Origin: Camelus ferus
Lineage: Eukaryota
Reading direction: 5' to 3'
DNA length: 64,000 nt
NCBI RefSeq assembly: GCF_009834535.1
Contig: NC_045696.1
Location: forward strand, 45,572,001-45,636,000
Both the position numbers and the translations under genes were made by a program. This document shows, one piece after another, positions 13,850 to 26,771 of the stretch (position 1 is its first letter; every line of letters starts with the position of its first letter). A model generated the notes under the pieces. That model made no database searches. It was not told the origin of the DNA and saw only the letters and a list, made by a program, of their open reading frames with translations.

Positions 13850-15100
13850 GGTGAAGTAGCTGGAGAGCTCTGTCAGTCATATTGTACAGGGCCTTGAACT
13901 CCAGGCTAAGCAAGGCAGACTACAAGCAATAAACCTCATGGAAGGATTCTGAGGTTGAGGTAATTCAGATAGTTTACGAGGCTCAGTTCAACATAGTGTA
14001 GAACGTGACTCGGCAGGCAAAACTTGGATGCAGGGAAAACCAGTGCCTTGGTAGTTACTGTGACAATGAAAAGGAATTTATGTGTCTTTTCTGTAACAGG
14101 AAAAGGTTGAAGAGAAAAAGTGAGGAAGAGGAGAAAATGATGTGTACCAAGGCTGGGTGACAAGGAGACTGCTGATACCATGACAGAGAAGGAAAATTAG
14201 AAGAGAAAAAGGGCTTAAGGGGAAACATGATTTTTAGTCTTAAAAACAAGGAATTTGAGAGGATAGTGTGGCATTCAAGTGATGATAACTTAGTGACAAA
14301 AGTAGGTTTTATGTACACATGTTAAATCGTGAACAGAGGTATCAGCCTAGGAGACAGTGTAGAAAAAGAAGAGAAGAGGAAGCACGTGATGCATTGGGTG
14401 GGGATGCTGAACAACTGTGACAATGAGGCTGTATGACCAGCATAGTGGTGGAGAGAGAGAGACATCAGAATCCACTTCAGTGTCTTGGGGCCAAATAGGA
14501 AAAGAGAATTTCAAAGGAAGGTTGGATTCTCTAGTGCTCTTGATCTCTAGATAGAGACCGATTAAGAAAATTTAAATCCTGGATTTGACAAATAGGAGGT
14601 GACTTAGAAGACATAGTGATGGAGGCAAATACAGACTAAAGTCAGGTGATCAATGAGAGCAAAGGGAAGCAGAGAGCATAAACGACCAAAAATGATCAAT
14701 TAATTTTATATCAAAGTTTTAGCTGCCGAACTAAAGTTTAAACTCCTTACAGGCAGATATCAAAAATACTAATTACATATTTCTCCATGAATTTGACACG
14801 ATGCCTTACAAATGAGAAGTACTCAACCTCTCACCATGAACTTAGTGATTGATTTATCCATTCACTTAACTGATGTACAGTAAGTGCTGACTGTTTGTCT
14901 TGCACTCTGTTAGGTGCTGGAGATACAGCCGTTTGGTAGGAGACAGATCTGCCCCCTCTCCTCAGGGTCTCCCAGACTAGTGGTGGAGAGAGCATAATAA
15001 CCAATTAATTACAAAGTGTGAGAGCCCCCAACAGGGTTATAAAATCTTTAAGGAAAATGAACTCACTCTGTCTCTGGAAAGGTAAATGAAGACTTCCCAG
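13850..15100 (-). mobile_element. L2 LINE fragments
   Basis: Purine-rich antisense L2 motifs (gtacagggccttgaactccaggctaag; ggatttgacaaataggaggtga; cactctgttaggtgctggagatacag). Confidence 0.65.
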
Positions 15101-15837
15101 GTAAGATGTTCTAAACATTATTTATTAAGAAGGTCAGAAAAACCAACAGTAGTTGAAGAATCATCAAGAAAAAATTGAATTTTGAAAAGGTTGAATCTTC
15201 TGTAGGAAAAACCCTTTTTTCTAAGAATCCCAAAACTGCCTCTTGGGAACTCCACTGCCCCCCTTGACTGTCCTTCCCAAAGGCAAGTTTTCCAACATCA
15301 TCAAAAGATTCAATACTTAAATTGTATTCCTTGATCCCATCACAACTTACAATCTCACACAGGCTGTGCTCTTTCTCTTAAAAATGGTATGTATACCTGT
15401 TGAATAATAAAGCGAAGTCTTAGCAAGTTTACGTGGCAGATAGAGTTCCTTTCTAAAGCCAAGACTACACGTAGCTGACAACAGATTGCTACAATGACTT
15501 TATGTAGTTTGCGATTCGTTTATAGGTGGGAAACCAGGGAAATGCGTTTGTATTGGAAGTTGATAAAACTGTCTGTAGAGATGATGTATCAAATACTTCA
15601 CTACTGATGATAGTTTTGAATGCAACTGCAAAGACACATAAATTAGCCATGGTACTGAATAATTATACACAAAGGTATTTTCTCCTTAATCCCTTAAGTG
15701 CTGAAATGTGGATAAAATAATAAAGAAAACCCTCACTTTACCTGTACTTTCCTTCAGTATAAAACTATTCAGGCCTTGGTTTACATAGTCTAGCACAATT
15801 AAGAAGGTTAAAAGAGGCAGAGTTGAACTCTCATTGC

Positions 15838-16337
15838 AAATACTGAATTTGGAATAGTATTGTGACAATATATCCACCCTTTAGAAGGCGTGCGCTTCAG
15901 ATTTTTTGAAAATGAACAATTCAAAATACTGAATTTGAAGGGAAAAAAAGGACACTATGAACTCATTTACAAAACAGAAACAGACTTGCAGACATAGTAA
16001 GCAATCTTATGGTTACCAGGGAAAGGGGGTAGGAAGGGATAAATTTGGGAGTTTGAGATTTACAAATGTTAGCCACCATATATAAAAATAGATTTTAAAA
16101 AGTTTCTTCTGTATAGCACAGGGAACTATGTTCAATATCTTGCAATAACCTTTAATGAAAAAGAATATGAAAATGAATATGTGTATCTATATGCATGACT
16201 GGTACATTGTGCTGTACACCAGAAATTGACACATTGTAACTGACTGTACTTCAATTAAAAAAATACTGAATTTGGAACATTATTGTGACAAAATATCTAC
16301 TTTTTAGAAGGCTCAACCTTCGGATCTTTTGAGAAAG
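15838..16337. repeat. Diverged ~86-bp tandem duplication, second copy interrupted by L1
   Basis: 15838 aaatactgaatttggaatagtattgtgacaatatatccaccctttagaagg aligns with 16261 aaatactgaatttggaacattattgtgacaaaatatctactttttagaagg. Confidence 0.85.
15938..16259 (+). mobile_element. Lineage-specific 5'-truncated L1 3' end with 15-bp TSD
   Basis: L1 3'UTR sequence flanked by perfect aaaatactgaatttg at 15923-15937 and 16260-16274. Confidence 0.93.
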
Positions 16338-18789
16338 CCGTGAATAATTCCTGTTCCATTTTATAAAATACTACCACATTAATGACTATAAACATGCCTT
16401 TGATCACTTCAGACCCCTACTAACAAGTCTTGGAGGACTCATATGGTCGGTAGGATCAAGCCCAAACTACAATGACCTATAAGCCAGGCCCCCACCGTCA
16501 AATTCTAACATCATGTAGTTTCACATCTCAGTGCTCCTGTCCTACCGTCTCTTACGCCAATTTTGTTGTTCCTGGCTTCCATGACTAATTTAACTCACCT
16601 TTCTACGTAGTCAAGTCCCACTTAATTTCTCCATACATCCAGCTCAGATTTCTCCACAGTCTTTCCAATCACCTCCAATTCCAAACGACCTCTCTCCTCT
16701 GAAGTCTAAATCACAATGAGCTCTGTATACCATTCTCTGTGATGCCAGTAACCAGATCATGAAGTCCTTTGTGGTCATAAAACAGTAGCTAACTTTTATT
16801 GTGTGAATTTCTTAATCCCCACCTGATTCCCCAGGCCCTGGGCTCCTGCAGTTCTGTTCACACTCTTCTACCCTCTATTTTATAGCTTCTATCCAGAAAA
16901 TACTGTTTAATTTGTCGATCAGCTTTTTTTTTAAGTTTGCCCTCTATCAAACTAGCCTACTAGTCTATTTTATCCCCAAATAATTTTTAAGATATTATTT
17001 TAAACCACTGCTTAAGACAAACTCTAGTTACAGCTGCTGAATTTATACAAACCATACAATTTTATAATTATGTATAATTATAAACAACAAATTATATAAT
17101 AAACTCTCATATACATATACATATAAATTTGTTCTTAGAACTGGGCAAATAATAACAGATAACAAAATATCTATCATCATCACAAACAAGACCAGCCTAG
17201 ATTTTGAGCCTCCAAATACAAAGCATTTAATACAATTATAGCGTTCACTCCTCTCCAACTCATTGTTCTCCACGAGATGAAACAAAGATTTCTTAATGAC
17301 CTTTGTCTCTACCTAACAACAGATCTCCCACACAAAAACCACAACTCAGTAATTCAGCTTGGGAACTTTCTAACCACAGGATGACGCTTTTCCCCTCAAA
17401 CCACTGCTGGGATGAATCTGTCTCCACATTCTATTTAATTACGAGCCTTGTTTAGGGTTTTCCTAGGAGCAGGTTGTTTTCTTTCAGAACAGTGTGCTAC
17501 AGAGCTGACACAAGTCGATTTATACAAGGGGATAAATCTTGACAAAACAGTACACCGCAGTTCAATTAACCTGCTTCAGGGAAGCCTAATGTAATTGCAG
17601 AAATGCAATCGCTTCAGCTGGGGTTATAAGGTTTGAAGCTAGGTTTATTATCTGAGGCTAAATGCATCAGTGCTAGATGTCCCTTCAGCAGCTAAACTTG
17701 GTGCAAAACTAAACTAACAGAATCGCTGAGTAATAACTGACTACAGAAGAGACCAGTAGCTGTCTAGGCTCCCAAAATTCAATGGTAATAATAATATTCA
17801 GAAAATTCAAATCAATGAATATGTTCTCAACTTTGTTTTTTGACTTTAAACTATAAAAATGTAAGGAATAAGTAGTAAGAGTTAGGACAAAGTCACTAAG
17901 TGTCAGGTTTAAGAAATACAAGTTTGGGTGTATGTAGACTTGATGATGTGACTAGAGAATTTTTTTTTTTTTCAATGAGTAAAAAGAACTGCTTCTAAAA
18001 GGAAAACCCGAAAAAGGATAGGGTGTTATATAAAATAAATGAACACTCTCTTTGCATGTGGATGTTACCATTCCAGGCTCCTGGGGGCAGTTTTAACCTT
18101 TCAGCGTTTCAGACAAGTCCATTCTGTAATTTTCCACATGCAGGATCACGAAAGAGCAAGGGGAGAACTACTGGTGCACCAGCTCTATCAGACTGGGTAC
18201 CCCTCGAGATTAAAGAGTCAAGAGCTAGTCTGACCACCATCACCAGGGGTAGACACCCCACCCCGCCAACTGTATTTCTTGTAAAGTACTAAGTTCCCAT
18301 TTAATAATTTATTTCCTTGTATTAAAGTCCAATATTTATGAAGAGCACTACAGCATAAAATTCCTTTCTCACCCAGTATTTAATCGGGTACTCATAACAA
18401 CACTCTAAGTTCATTCTCACCTTATTTACAAATAAGGAAAATTTAGTGACTTGCCTAAGGCTACATAGCTGGTACAGGGGATGCAAACTCTGGATTCTCA
18501 GTTTTATGTTATTTTTGTTCTTTATTACTGTTTTTTTTTTTTTACACAACTGCACAAAATTCCACTAGAATGGCCTAGAAAAGTAAATTTTTTTTGCTGT
18601 AGTTTCCAAAAAGAGACAGAGCATTTACTTTCTCATCTAAGTTCTAGTAATATCAAATCAGAATTTAAAATGTGGGAGACAAATGTTTTTGGTTATGTGA
18701 GATATATGATAAGGCACAGCATTCATATTTCCTTGTGAATGTGTAAGATCAGGTCACTAAAAGTAAGCAAATGCAAGTTGAAATTAATA

Positions 18790-19420
18790 GAAGATACTAG
18801 TTTTACTTTCTTGACTGGCAATTTTTCAGTTTGATAATAACAAGACTATGGAGGAAATAAGTATTTGTATGCATTGTATGTGGTAGTATAAATTATAATA
18901 TTTTTGTAGGGCAGTTTAGTTATAGCCATTAAAATGTAAAATGGATATATCATTTGACTCAGCATTTTCACTCCAATGATTTATTTTATGTGTATATAAT
19001 GGTAAAAGGTGACCTAAAAATATATACACTGTGCATACATATACATGTATATATACACATATAAATATATACATGTACATACATACATACACACAAGTAT
19101 ATTTATTTTAACATTGCTATATTAATAACTTTGGGAATAAAAGGAAATCTCCATTATTTGAAGAGTGGTTAAATGAATTATGATATATGCATACACTGAT
19201 GTATCTCCAAGGTAGATAATTAAGTGGAAAAAGCACAATAAAAATAAGCATAAACTTAATAAAATTTCCCTTTGCTAAAAACACTGTGGGCATATGCATT
19301 TTTTTCATAAAAGTTATGAAGAAAAATGAGAATAATGCTTACATTTGGGGTCAGGGGAGTGTGGGAGAGAAGTTCACTTCTTATATGGTACCCTTTATTT
19401 GTAATCATGAATGGTAATTA
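18790..19420 (+). mobile_element. Old L1 (L1ME-like) 3' fragment with AT/CA low-complexity insert
   Basis: gtagggcagtttag...catttgactcagcattttcactcc...gtggttaaatgaattatgatatatgcatac. Confidence 0.65.
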
Positions 19421-20989
19421 TGTACATATATTACTCACTAGCTAGTGTCATTTACTTACAAAAATATTCTTCATAATGGATCTTTAAGTTTGTCTCAGAT
19501 TCCATGATGTACTCTGAAGCAGTGACAGGACAATTCACATCATGTTAGACTGTATCTTGAATATTTACATTTTTCAAAGTTTATGGGCTATGTAATCTGA
19601 TGGCACTAAGAAATTCACTCTTTTGACTAGGAAACTCGTCTTTGCATTTAACAATCCTAAGCATAAAATGATTAGAAACAGCTGCTTAGCCTAAAAGTAA
19701 AATAGATGTCTGAGTTGTTCAAAATGTACCTTCAAACTCACACTATAATATGATTGCCTCTAATAATACCCTGACACCCAGCAATGTTCAATCTAGACGA
19801 GATGTATGATAATTTTAAGAACTGCATCTCCACTTGTCTTCTGTTTTGCCTTCATACCTTGTACAGGAAATGTTACACAGAATCCATCGCATAAGACCCT
19901 GAAAAAGAACATCATCAGAATCGAGGGAAAAGAGTGCATAAAAAGGTCAGTAATTCAAATTGTAATCACTATTTTGGAGACATTTTCTTGCTGCCCAACA
20001 GAAAACCAAATTACAATATGAAGTAAAAATCTTGAAAACACCTTTGGGTAATGAGTGAGGCAGATTTATATATAAAGCTGAGGGATCGGCCTGAATTTGC
20101 TCTACTTTGCACATGTTTATTCACCATAGCACTCTCACCAAGAAGAATCAGTTGTACTATGAAAATGAGTTAAGGTATAATGATAAGGGATAAATTCTGA
20201 AAAATCTTTTTTATTTCTGCTTTTGGAGAAAAAGAAAGCAAAACCTTTCAAATTACATAGAGAAAAAAGATGTTTAAAAGTATAATCAAGATCTAGATGG
20301 ATTTCATATGGTTGTATGATCGTGAAATATAAAGAAATCAATGGTTTCTATAGAAACTTCTTATTTAAATGAAGCTAGCCATCTTTTATCTATTTATTGG
20401 GTTTTTAATTGAAAAAAAGTGAAAATGGGATAGGAAATCACCAAGCGTAGACGATGGATCTTAGATAATACTCCTGGGAAAGCACTGATGGCACAGCCAC
20501 CCCCAAGCTGAATTTCCTCTGTGTTATGATAGAATATTTAAGGAAAAGGAAAAAACTAAATGGTTAAAAAAGAGAACATTCCAAGGAAGTAATTTTAATT
20601 GTAGAGATTTTTTTTTAAATCAACAGCTTAATAAATGGTCAGCACAGAAGCTATCTGGATCACTGTCAATCTTCAGTGATTTTAAATATTTGAAAGACTA
20701 GTCAATTGAAATCTAATGAGTACCACAGAGTAAAAGGGCAGTTGTTCTTTCATTTGTCCCTGTTCATCCAGCAAAACAGTGCTAAGACTTCACAGTCCAA
20801 GTTAATTCAATCAAAATCTCAGCCTTCAAGGTTTAGATAAGAGTTTACATTCCCTTAAATGCCTTCCCAGTACCTACAGGACAGAACACTTTTCTCCACT
20901 TCTGAAGTACACAGAAATGTATTTGTGCTTTTTCCCATATATATACATATATAAATTTACATACATATAAGTTTGCCTAGCTCAGTCTT

Positions 20990-21440
20990 TACCTTGCAAG
21001 ATTCTTGTGCTAGATACTGTCTGTTAGCCTCTGCACAGCTCCCATCCCTTCTGTGCTCTGTGATGTATGCTGTGACCTCCATGTTAAACCAGGCTCCCTT
21101 TACCTCTTGTTTCCGGTTAGCTTTCACAGGGCTTTGGCAGGACACAGGAGGATGGGAAGATGGAGAGTTAGGGGTACTTCTTTCTCCAATGCCTCCTTAT
21201 TTGTCCATAGTCCTGGGAATGGCTTCATTTTCTAAGACCACATTTCTGGTTGGAATGGTCCGATTTCATACACAGTTCAGCTCTTATTCCCCCTGCTAGT
21301 CCCCAGGTCTTCATCAAATGCCGCTTAGGTCTATTAAGACTGTCTATGTTTGCTAAATATCTCCTCCGCCTAATGTTCTCAAAAGCTTCTGAGTGTGCAG
21401 TACATTTTCTACTTCAATCTTGCCAGTATCCTCCCAAAGA
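20990..21440 (+). mobile_element. ERVL LTR remnant (LTR33-like)
   Basis: tttccggttagctttcacagggctttggcaggacacaggaggatgggaag...ggggtactt. Confidence 0.5.
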
Positions 21441-21454
21441 GTAGAACTTAGGTG

Positions 21455-21548
21455 TTCATTAACACTGTGTTCTCTGTGCTAAATACAATGCCTAGAAGAT
21501 AGTGGGCGTTTATTAAATGTTTTTGGAATGCATGAATGAATAAATGAA
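21455..21548 (+). mobile_element. L2 3' end
   Basis: aatgcctagaagatagtgggcgtttattaaatgtttttggaatgcatgaatgaa matches the L2 tail. Confidence 0.7.
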
Positions 21549-23570
21549 AACAGTATAAGGTAGCTACTGTGTAAAAGAAAAATAAGTGTAAACAATGATC
21601 CTTATTGCAATGAGGTTTACAGTCTAAGGAAGAAAACAATAGACAGATGCATAAATTCAAGTAATTATTCAAGGCTACACAGGGTAGGTCATGAATCACA
21701 GGCCTTCATGTTCAGACCCTAGAAAAGGTGCAATTCTTTATTATTAATAGAGAAAAGCTATCTAAAACTGGATATAAAAAAACTAACGTTAAGCAACCTA
21801 ACAAATTCCTCATAAGGTAAACCAAGTAAGATAAAACAACCACCACCCAGTATTTCTCTAACTCATGGGTGTGCTGGCAGCTTTGATTAGTTAATATTTA
21901 TAAAGCACTTTGAAGATGAAAAGTGCTAAACATTATCTAACAGCCCTGTAAATGTGTCAGGTCTTATGAAATTTAACAGAAATAAGAGAGTGACAAACTA
22001 CTCACAAGTAAAAAATTCTCAACTCAGGCTTTGCATTTAAAGAGGCCAGATGGGGGAGAAAAGACTTTTTCCCTAGGGCAGAGAATAATGCTAATCTATA
22101 CCCTACCCTCACCCCCACCAACACACGTTGCAGAAATGCTTAATTTAAAGCCTGAAAGATGATGTACTTTGTAACAGCATGTAAATCAATGTTTTATTAA
22201 AGGTTATCAATTACTATGCAGAAAAATGCAAATCACAATAAAACACATCACAAGCAGATTCAACCCTGCTCTGTTCTCAGTGGAGCAATTACCAAGCTTG
22301 GCTTTGGCGGGTGGGGACAGCACTGAACTAGGGCTGGGCCAATTCCCTTTTGCTTGCCTGTAGAAACTGGAGAATCTCCCAACCATTTCGCTTCACCCTC
22401 CAGAAGTACAAATAATCAAAATTTCCAACACTGCCAATTTTAAGTTGCATTTTTTAAATGCTTATGCTTTTCCATCCGTTGACTTTAATTACAGTTAGCC
22501 TAAAAGGTTTGCCGGGATGGATAACCTTTTTACACAGAAAAAAGGAACGTACACACTGCAGCATTTCTCTCCAGCTTGTCTATCAGTTAGAAAGCTTGGA
22601 CTTGATCTCTTTAAGCTTGTCTGTTTGCAGACCAATTTTATTTATTCAAAATTTATACGTATAAATTAGATATCCCATTCAAGAGCCAGAACCATAGCCT
22701 TAATTCCAGCATGATTTTTCAGGACATGAGCTCAGGTTTACTGGCCTTTTAAAGATTTATTTTTATTTTTATTTTTTAATTTTTTGCCATAGACAAGAGA
22801 AGGCATCTAGGTGACAAATTCTTTTTAAAGAGCACTGAAATGGTAATAAATAAAACCCAGTGAAATTGAATGCAAGCATAAAGAAAAAAAGAGTAAAGAA
22901 GAAATGAATGGAACAAATGAAATACAAAATGAGTTCTAAGAAACATTTTACGAAAAAATATAGTAAAAATAGAATAGTAAACCCATTCTTAAACTGCCTT
23001 GAAAATGCAAGTTTTCAGTTACTAAAGGAGAGGGGAAGAAGCAGAAGCTATTATTACCTTTATAATCCATAATCTTATTTTATATTTGGGACTTGTGAAA
23101 TTCCTTCATTTTAATGGAGGCCTTAACAGGCTTCACTGCTGTGCATTTTGTTAAATAAATATGGCAGAATAAATAAACCGCAGACAATAATGTATTGTAC
23201 AAACTCTAAAGAGTTATCAGGTAAGTCTTTAAGGCTTACTGCATGTATTAAGTAATTGGTGTCTGTGACAAAATAAACTGGAATTGCTGCAATTTCGTAC
23301 TGCTGATACCTTGAACACTTAGCAGCTATGTGAATTTCCAATGGATATACTTTGTACTATTTATGAGTAATGGGATATATATGATAATCAACTTTTCCAT
23401 TTCTCACTCATTGGGCTTTGAAGATCAAATGAGACACATGTATATGAAAGTGACTTAAAAACTGTAACAAATGCAACAAATATTAGGTTTTATTAGCTAC
23501 TTAAAATAATGTAATACCTTTTAAAAAGGAACAAAATATTGACCTCTCTATTTTTGAATTCACAAGCCAG

Positions 23571-23607
<37 letters not shown>
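23571..23607. repeat. (GAT)n trinucleotide microsatellite
   Basis: Directly visible, about 12 units. Confidence 0.98.
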
Positions 23608-23608
<1 letters not shown>

Positions 23609-24112
23609 CCATTTTCATAAGCTAATCAAAGACCCTTTTTCAATCCCATCTGTTCACATTAAGCAATTCATAAGCAAAGACCCCACTTAACAAAATAGAG
23701 AATATGATTTATTGCTGGGCATCCCTGACTTATGTCTCTGTTTAATTCTTCAATTTGGAACTTTGCAGAGTAGGTAACTAATAAAGACATTTTATCTTAT
23801 GCAAATACATATCTTCTTAGGATATTCAGCCACTTAATAAGTAAGTAATTTCCCCAGAGTGGCTATGTTCCATGTAATGTCCCCTTGAATCAAGAACTGC
23901 AGTGGTCCTTAGTAATCTAATAGAGTTATGGAGAAAAATTAAATCCTAAGTTGTTTGTTGAAGTGCATTTTCCCATTTAAATGGCATTAGGAATGGTGAC
24001 TACATTTGTTTAAAATATTTCCATTGACTGTATGCATTAAGTATATATATATATAAAAATATATATATGTGATTCAGTGAACTTTCTCAGGTTAATATTG
24101 AGGATATTGATA

Positions 24113-24528
24113 TAGGTATACCTTGTTTTATTGCTCTTGGCTTTACTGAGCTGCACAGATACTGTTTTTTCCAAAGTGAAGGTCTGTGGCAACGCTGCAT
24201 CTAAAAAGTCTATTGGTGCCATTTTTCCAACAGTTTTTCTTACTTCATGTCTCAGTGATCAGAATGAACTTTGATGTTGTTACTATGACTCAACTGAAGG
24301 CTCGGGTGATGGTTAGCATTTCTTAGCAATAAAGTATTTTTAATTAAGGTATGTACCTTGTTTTTTTAATCATAATGATATTACACACTTAATAAACTAC
24401 AGTATAGTGTAAATGTAGCACTTACACGTACCGAGGAGCAAAAAAATTGGTGTGACTTGATTTATTGCAATATCTGCTTTATTGTGTTGGTTTGGAACTG
24501 CACCTGCAGTATCTTTGAGGGATGCCTG
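24113..24528 (+). mobile_element. Non-autonomous Tigger1 derivative with both termini (Tigger1a-like)
   Basis: 5' taggtataccttgttttattgc, 3' gcagtatctttgagggatgcctg, TA flanks at 24111-24112 and 24529-24530. Confidence 0.9.
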
Positions 24529-26269
24529 TATTTAAAATACTTGCTTAATAAAAATTGTTTTGTAATCTGAATGACAAATCTTTACAAATTAACTTTTTGT
24601 GTATTTAACCCATTTATAAATTGAGAACTATCTATTCAGTATAATATATTATAAAAACTATTTAAGCACTGTAATTCTGGTCATTCTTGGGTCAGAGCAT
24701 AATTTAAGGAACCGTGGTGGGAGCATAAACAAAGATTCATGCTCACTAACATCTATTTCCAACTAAAAGCAACCTCTCTGTTGACCTGACAGCACTTCTT
24801 TCTTTAGTTAGTGCCCAGATCCTGCTAAGCTGCATGCCATAGTCAACACATTCTGCATTTCTCAAATGCAAATTAACACCTGTTCTCCTCACACAATTAT
24901 GACCAGGAAATAAGTAGCAGTTATATCTGTCCCTCCAATATCAACTTACAATAGTCTTCTCCTTTATTTTTGCCTATACGCTTAAAAAATATAATTAAAA
25001 ACGGTATATAATAATATTGTTTTACAACAGAGTCAGAACGGTCCTTCACCTAATCTAGTGAGAACAATTAGTGTCCATATTATCCTCACCACAACCTGTT
25101 CATACATTAATGCATTTATTTATCTTCTCTGACTCGAAAATTAAAGATAAGCTGGCAAATGGAATTGAGTTAAAAATCACATGGGTTAGGTAAGGAGTAA
25201 TAAGCAGACCCTTAAGTGAAGTTGCAAAGTATGAGGTCAAAGACTTTAGGCACAATGCAGTCCAAAGTCTTGATACTAGAACAGACTCTGCAAAACATCA
25301 TCTTTTAAAGCAGGAAACTGATATTACATTGAGATGTGCTATATGGTGAGCACTGTGCTGAACACTGTACAATTATCACCTCTTCATATTACCATGAGGT
25401 AAGATACTTTTGGACATTAGCTGATAAGATTTCTATTCTCAGTAATTCCTTCAACCTTCTGGCCACTTCCTTATTGAGTCAGTTAGTCATTTTGTGTTCC
25501 CTCCTCATGGAAGAGAAGACATCAGCGATCACAGAAACAAATACACAAAGATTACTGAATGCCCAACTTCTCTAATTCTCAAAGGAACATGAGGAACTCA
25601 TATAACATAAATAAATTCAGTAAAATTGATGAATAAGAATCTATCCATCTAGGGACAAAAAATGAAGGAAGGAGGTGGGAAGAGATGCTAGAAATACAAA
25701 GAGAGAAATGGAGATTGGTCAAGACTATGATAAGGAGCCCAGATACAGGAGAAGGTTGTGGAAAGGAAATGTGTCATCATCCAAGGACCTCTAACTTCTG
25801 CTCCAAGGACACCATTTATTGCCAGTGACAAGGGGCTCTGTAGGAGCAGAATTCATGTTCAGAACTGTCCGGACTCCATTTGTGTGAGCACATGTATCAC
25901 TGGCACCTAGGAAATACATTAATTGTCCTTTCTAGTTGCTTCCACTGAGGATTTCTCTTTGACAGCACCAACATGGTACTAGCTGACTGTGTGGAAGGGT
26001 TGATGCTCTTTGTTGTTTTTTTGCTGTTGTTTTTTAATATTTTGCCCAAAAGATTCCAACCTAATTTACCTACCACTTTGCACCAGCAAAATATACTTTT
26101 ATGTCTTTGCTATCCCCTTCCATGGAGGGTTGGTTTCTGGACTTCTAGAGGATGACTGCAAGAAAGGAAGGGAAAGATTCTTACTTTGTACTTATATTTG
26201 ACTTAATGAATCAGTTTCATTTTTCTCCTGATCCCCAAGTTAGAGGTAAACACATCATATTATAGTTAA

Positions 26270-26410
26270 AACAGCCCCACTGGATAACTGCTGTAATTCT
26301 TATAAGATAGAGAAGAAATCTAGGGTTCAGAAGAGTTAAATTAATTTGTTCAAGGTCACACTGAAAATTAAATGGCTTATTAGAAATTCAAGTCCAGATC
26401 TGTCTCCATA
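26270..26410 (-). mobile_element. MIR SINE fragment
   Basis: gggttcagaagagttaaattaatttgttcaaggtcacac core. Confidence 0.65.
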
Positions 26411-26771
26411 TCCTTTTTTCAGTATGTCACTTAGCTTTGATCACAGTGACAAAAAATATCAAAATAACTAATCTTTTATGGGAAGAAATTTGTACTCTTG
26501 CCAGGTTTTAGATAGTCCCAAAGTTTCTGAACTGTAAAACAAAAAGAAAATAAGTACGAAAACTAAACTTTTAAGCAATTCATGGGTAAAAGAATCTGCA
26601 AAATTGATCAGATAAAATATTTAGGATAATATGAGAGATTACCAGGGAGACACTATAAATAATATATCATAAAATAATATGATCATTATGTTAATTATTT
26701 GGAATTCCAATTAATTGGACAATTTTACAGAATAAAACAATTTCCAAAATGAATTCAAGAATTGATTTGAC

